Source: Paracoccaceae bacterium (GTDB lineage Bacteria; Pseudomonadota; Alphaproteobacteria; Rhodobacterales; Rhodobacteraceae). From it: a stretch of DNA of 64,000 nucleotides. The stretch covers positions 3,164 to 67,163 of the forward strand of contig JBBCJM010000004.1 of the NCBI GenBank assembly GCA_037190175.1. Reading direction: 5' to 3'. Positions 63,513 to 64,000 of the stretch are shown in pieces. Each line of letters starts with the position of its first letter. Position 1 is the stretch's first letter. Made by a program: the position numbers and the translations under genes. The notes beneath the pieces are model-generated. The model worked only from the letters and a program-made list of their open reading frames with translations, was not told the origin of the DNA and searched no databases.

Positions 63513-64000
63513 TGCAGTCCCCCCGGTTGCAGGGCCAGGCGTCCATAGGTGGCGGCGGGGTTGGCGCCGGCGATGCGGGCGGCAAGCTCGGGCCCGATCC
63601 CCTCGGGCACCGCCGCCGTCCCCTCGAACTGCCAGTGCGGATAGTCGGTCGAGAACAGCAGGATCTCGTCCGCCGCGATCATCTCGACGATGCGGGCGAC
63701 ATGCGCGGCCGAGGGCGCGTCGAAGGGCTGGGTGGTGAAGCGGACGTGCCGCTTGATCAGCGTCGAGGGCGCTTCGGTCACCCAGGGCACCTCGCGGCGC
63801 AGCGCCATCCACTTGTTGTCGGTGTCGGCCAGGAAGGCGGGCAGCCAGGTGACGCCGCTTTCCAGCATGACCACGCGCAGGTCGGGGAACTCCTGGAACA
63901 CGCCCTCGTGCACCAGGCTCAGCAGCTGGCCCTGCACCATGCCCGATTGCAGGAACAGCTCCTCGGCATAGGTCGAGTGCCAGCCGACATAGCTTTGCGG
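63509..64000 (-). CDS. Amidohydrolase-2 family protein, 3' part (gene continues beyond the right edge)
   Basis: The frame is open from 63509 to 64000 (I translated 63941-64000: PQSYVGWHSTYAEELFLQSG). ILLFSTDYPHWQFEG parallels the neighbouring paralog. Confidence 0.75.
   Translation of the reverse strand, partial: PQSYVGWHSTYAEELFLQSGMVQGQLLSLVHEGVFQEFPDLRVVMLESGVTWLPAFLADTDNKWMALRREVPWVTEAPSTLIKRHVRFTTQPFDAPSAAHVARIVEMIAADEILLFSTDYPHWQFEGTAAVPEGIGPELAARIAGANPAATYGRLALQPGGLQ

Noticed and set aside
1-64000. Search for CRISPR arrays, IS elements, transposases, integrases, phage genes, toxin-antitoxin pairs, tRNA/rRNA and classic defence systems
   Set aside because: I saw no repeat-spacer periodicity, no DDE/tyrosine-recombinase-like proteins, no tRNA-like cloverleaf candidates in the few intergenic gaps, and no small two-gene TA-like modules. 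The window appears to be purely metabolic, transport and regulatory.

Overview
Very GC-rich DNA (third codon positions almost all G/C). It looks alphaproteobacterial, possibly Rhodobacterales/Paracoccus-like, but that is inference from protein families only. I support about 58 protein-coding genes. I found no rRNA, tRNA, transposase, integrase, phage gene or CRISPR array. Because of the GC content the six-frame track is full of long antisense 'shadow' ORFs (Arg/Pro/Gly/Ala-rich), which I rejected. Many true starts lie inside the listed ORFs, and I re-derived them from ATGA/GTGA overlaps and Shine-Dalgarno (SD) motifs.

Content, left to right:
- (a) A partial TreZ-like gene and a small stress-type protein.
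- (b) An ~18 kb locus with three paralogous KstD-like flavoproteins, SDRs, a Gfo/Idh/MocA oxidoreductase, a TIM-barrel isomerase, a NIPSNAP protein, a shikimate-dehydrogenase-like gene, a LIV-type ABC transporter and IclR/LysR regulators.
- (c) MFS, ZapE, DUF1428, DinB, fumarylacetoacetase and an MBL hydrolase, followed by maleylacetoacetate isomerase and a thiolase.
- (d) The most interesting part: an 11-gene operon at 30844-44493. It encodes an MTase-fold protein, HyuA, HyuB, two MmgE/PrpD paralogs, GlcG, a divergent argininosuccinate-lyase-like protein, a second GlcG, a class II aldolase, an ALDH and a cytoplasmic sulfatase. It has a divergent LysR gene. A ~68-nt operator-containing block upstream of it recurs upstream of a neighbouring TTT transporter (TctC plus a TctA-TctB fusion). 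I cannot assign this gene set to any named pathway.
- (e) A LigM-like THF-dependent O-demethylase, a LysR regulator with two tandem HTH domains, a GntR regulator and a MATE transporter.
- (f) A long minus-strand operon that continues off the right edge: opine-dehydrogenase-like, ferredoxin reductase, 2-hydroxyacid dehydrogenase, Pot-type ABC transporter, two Rieske proteins and two amidohydrolase-2 proteins.

All functional calls are motif or family recognition by eye. No database search was run.
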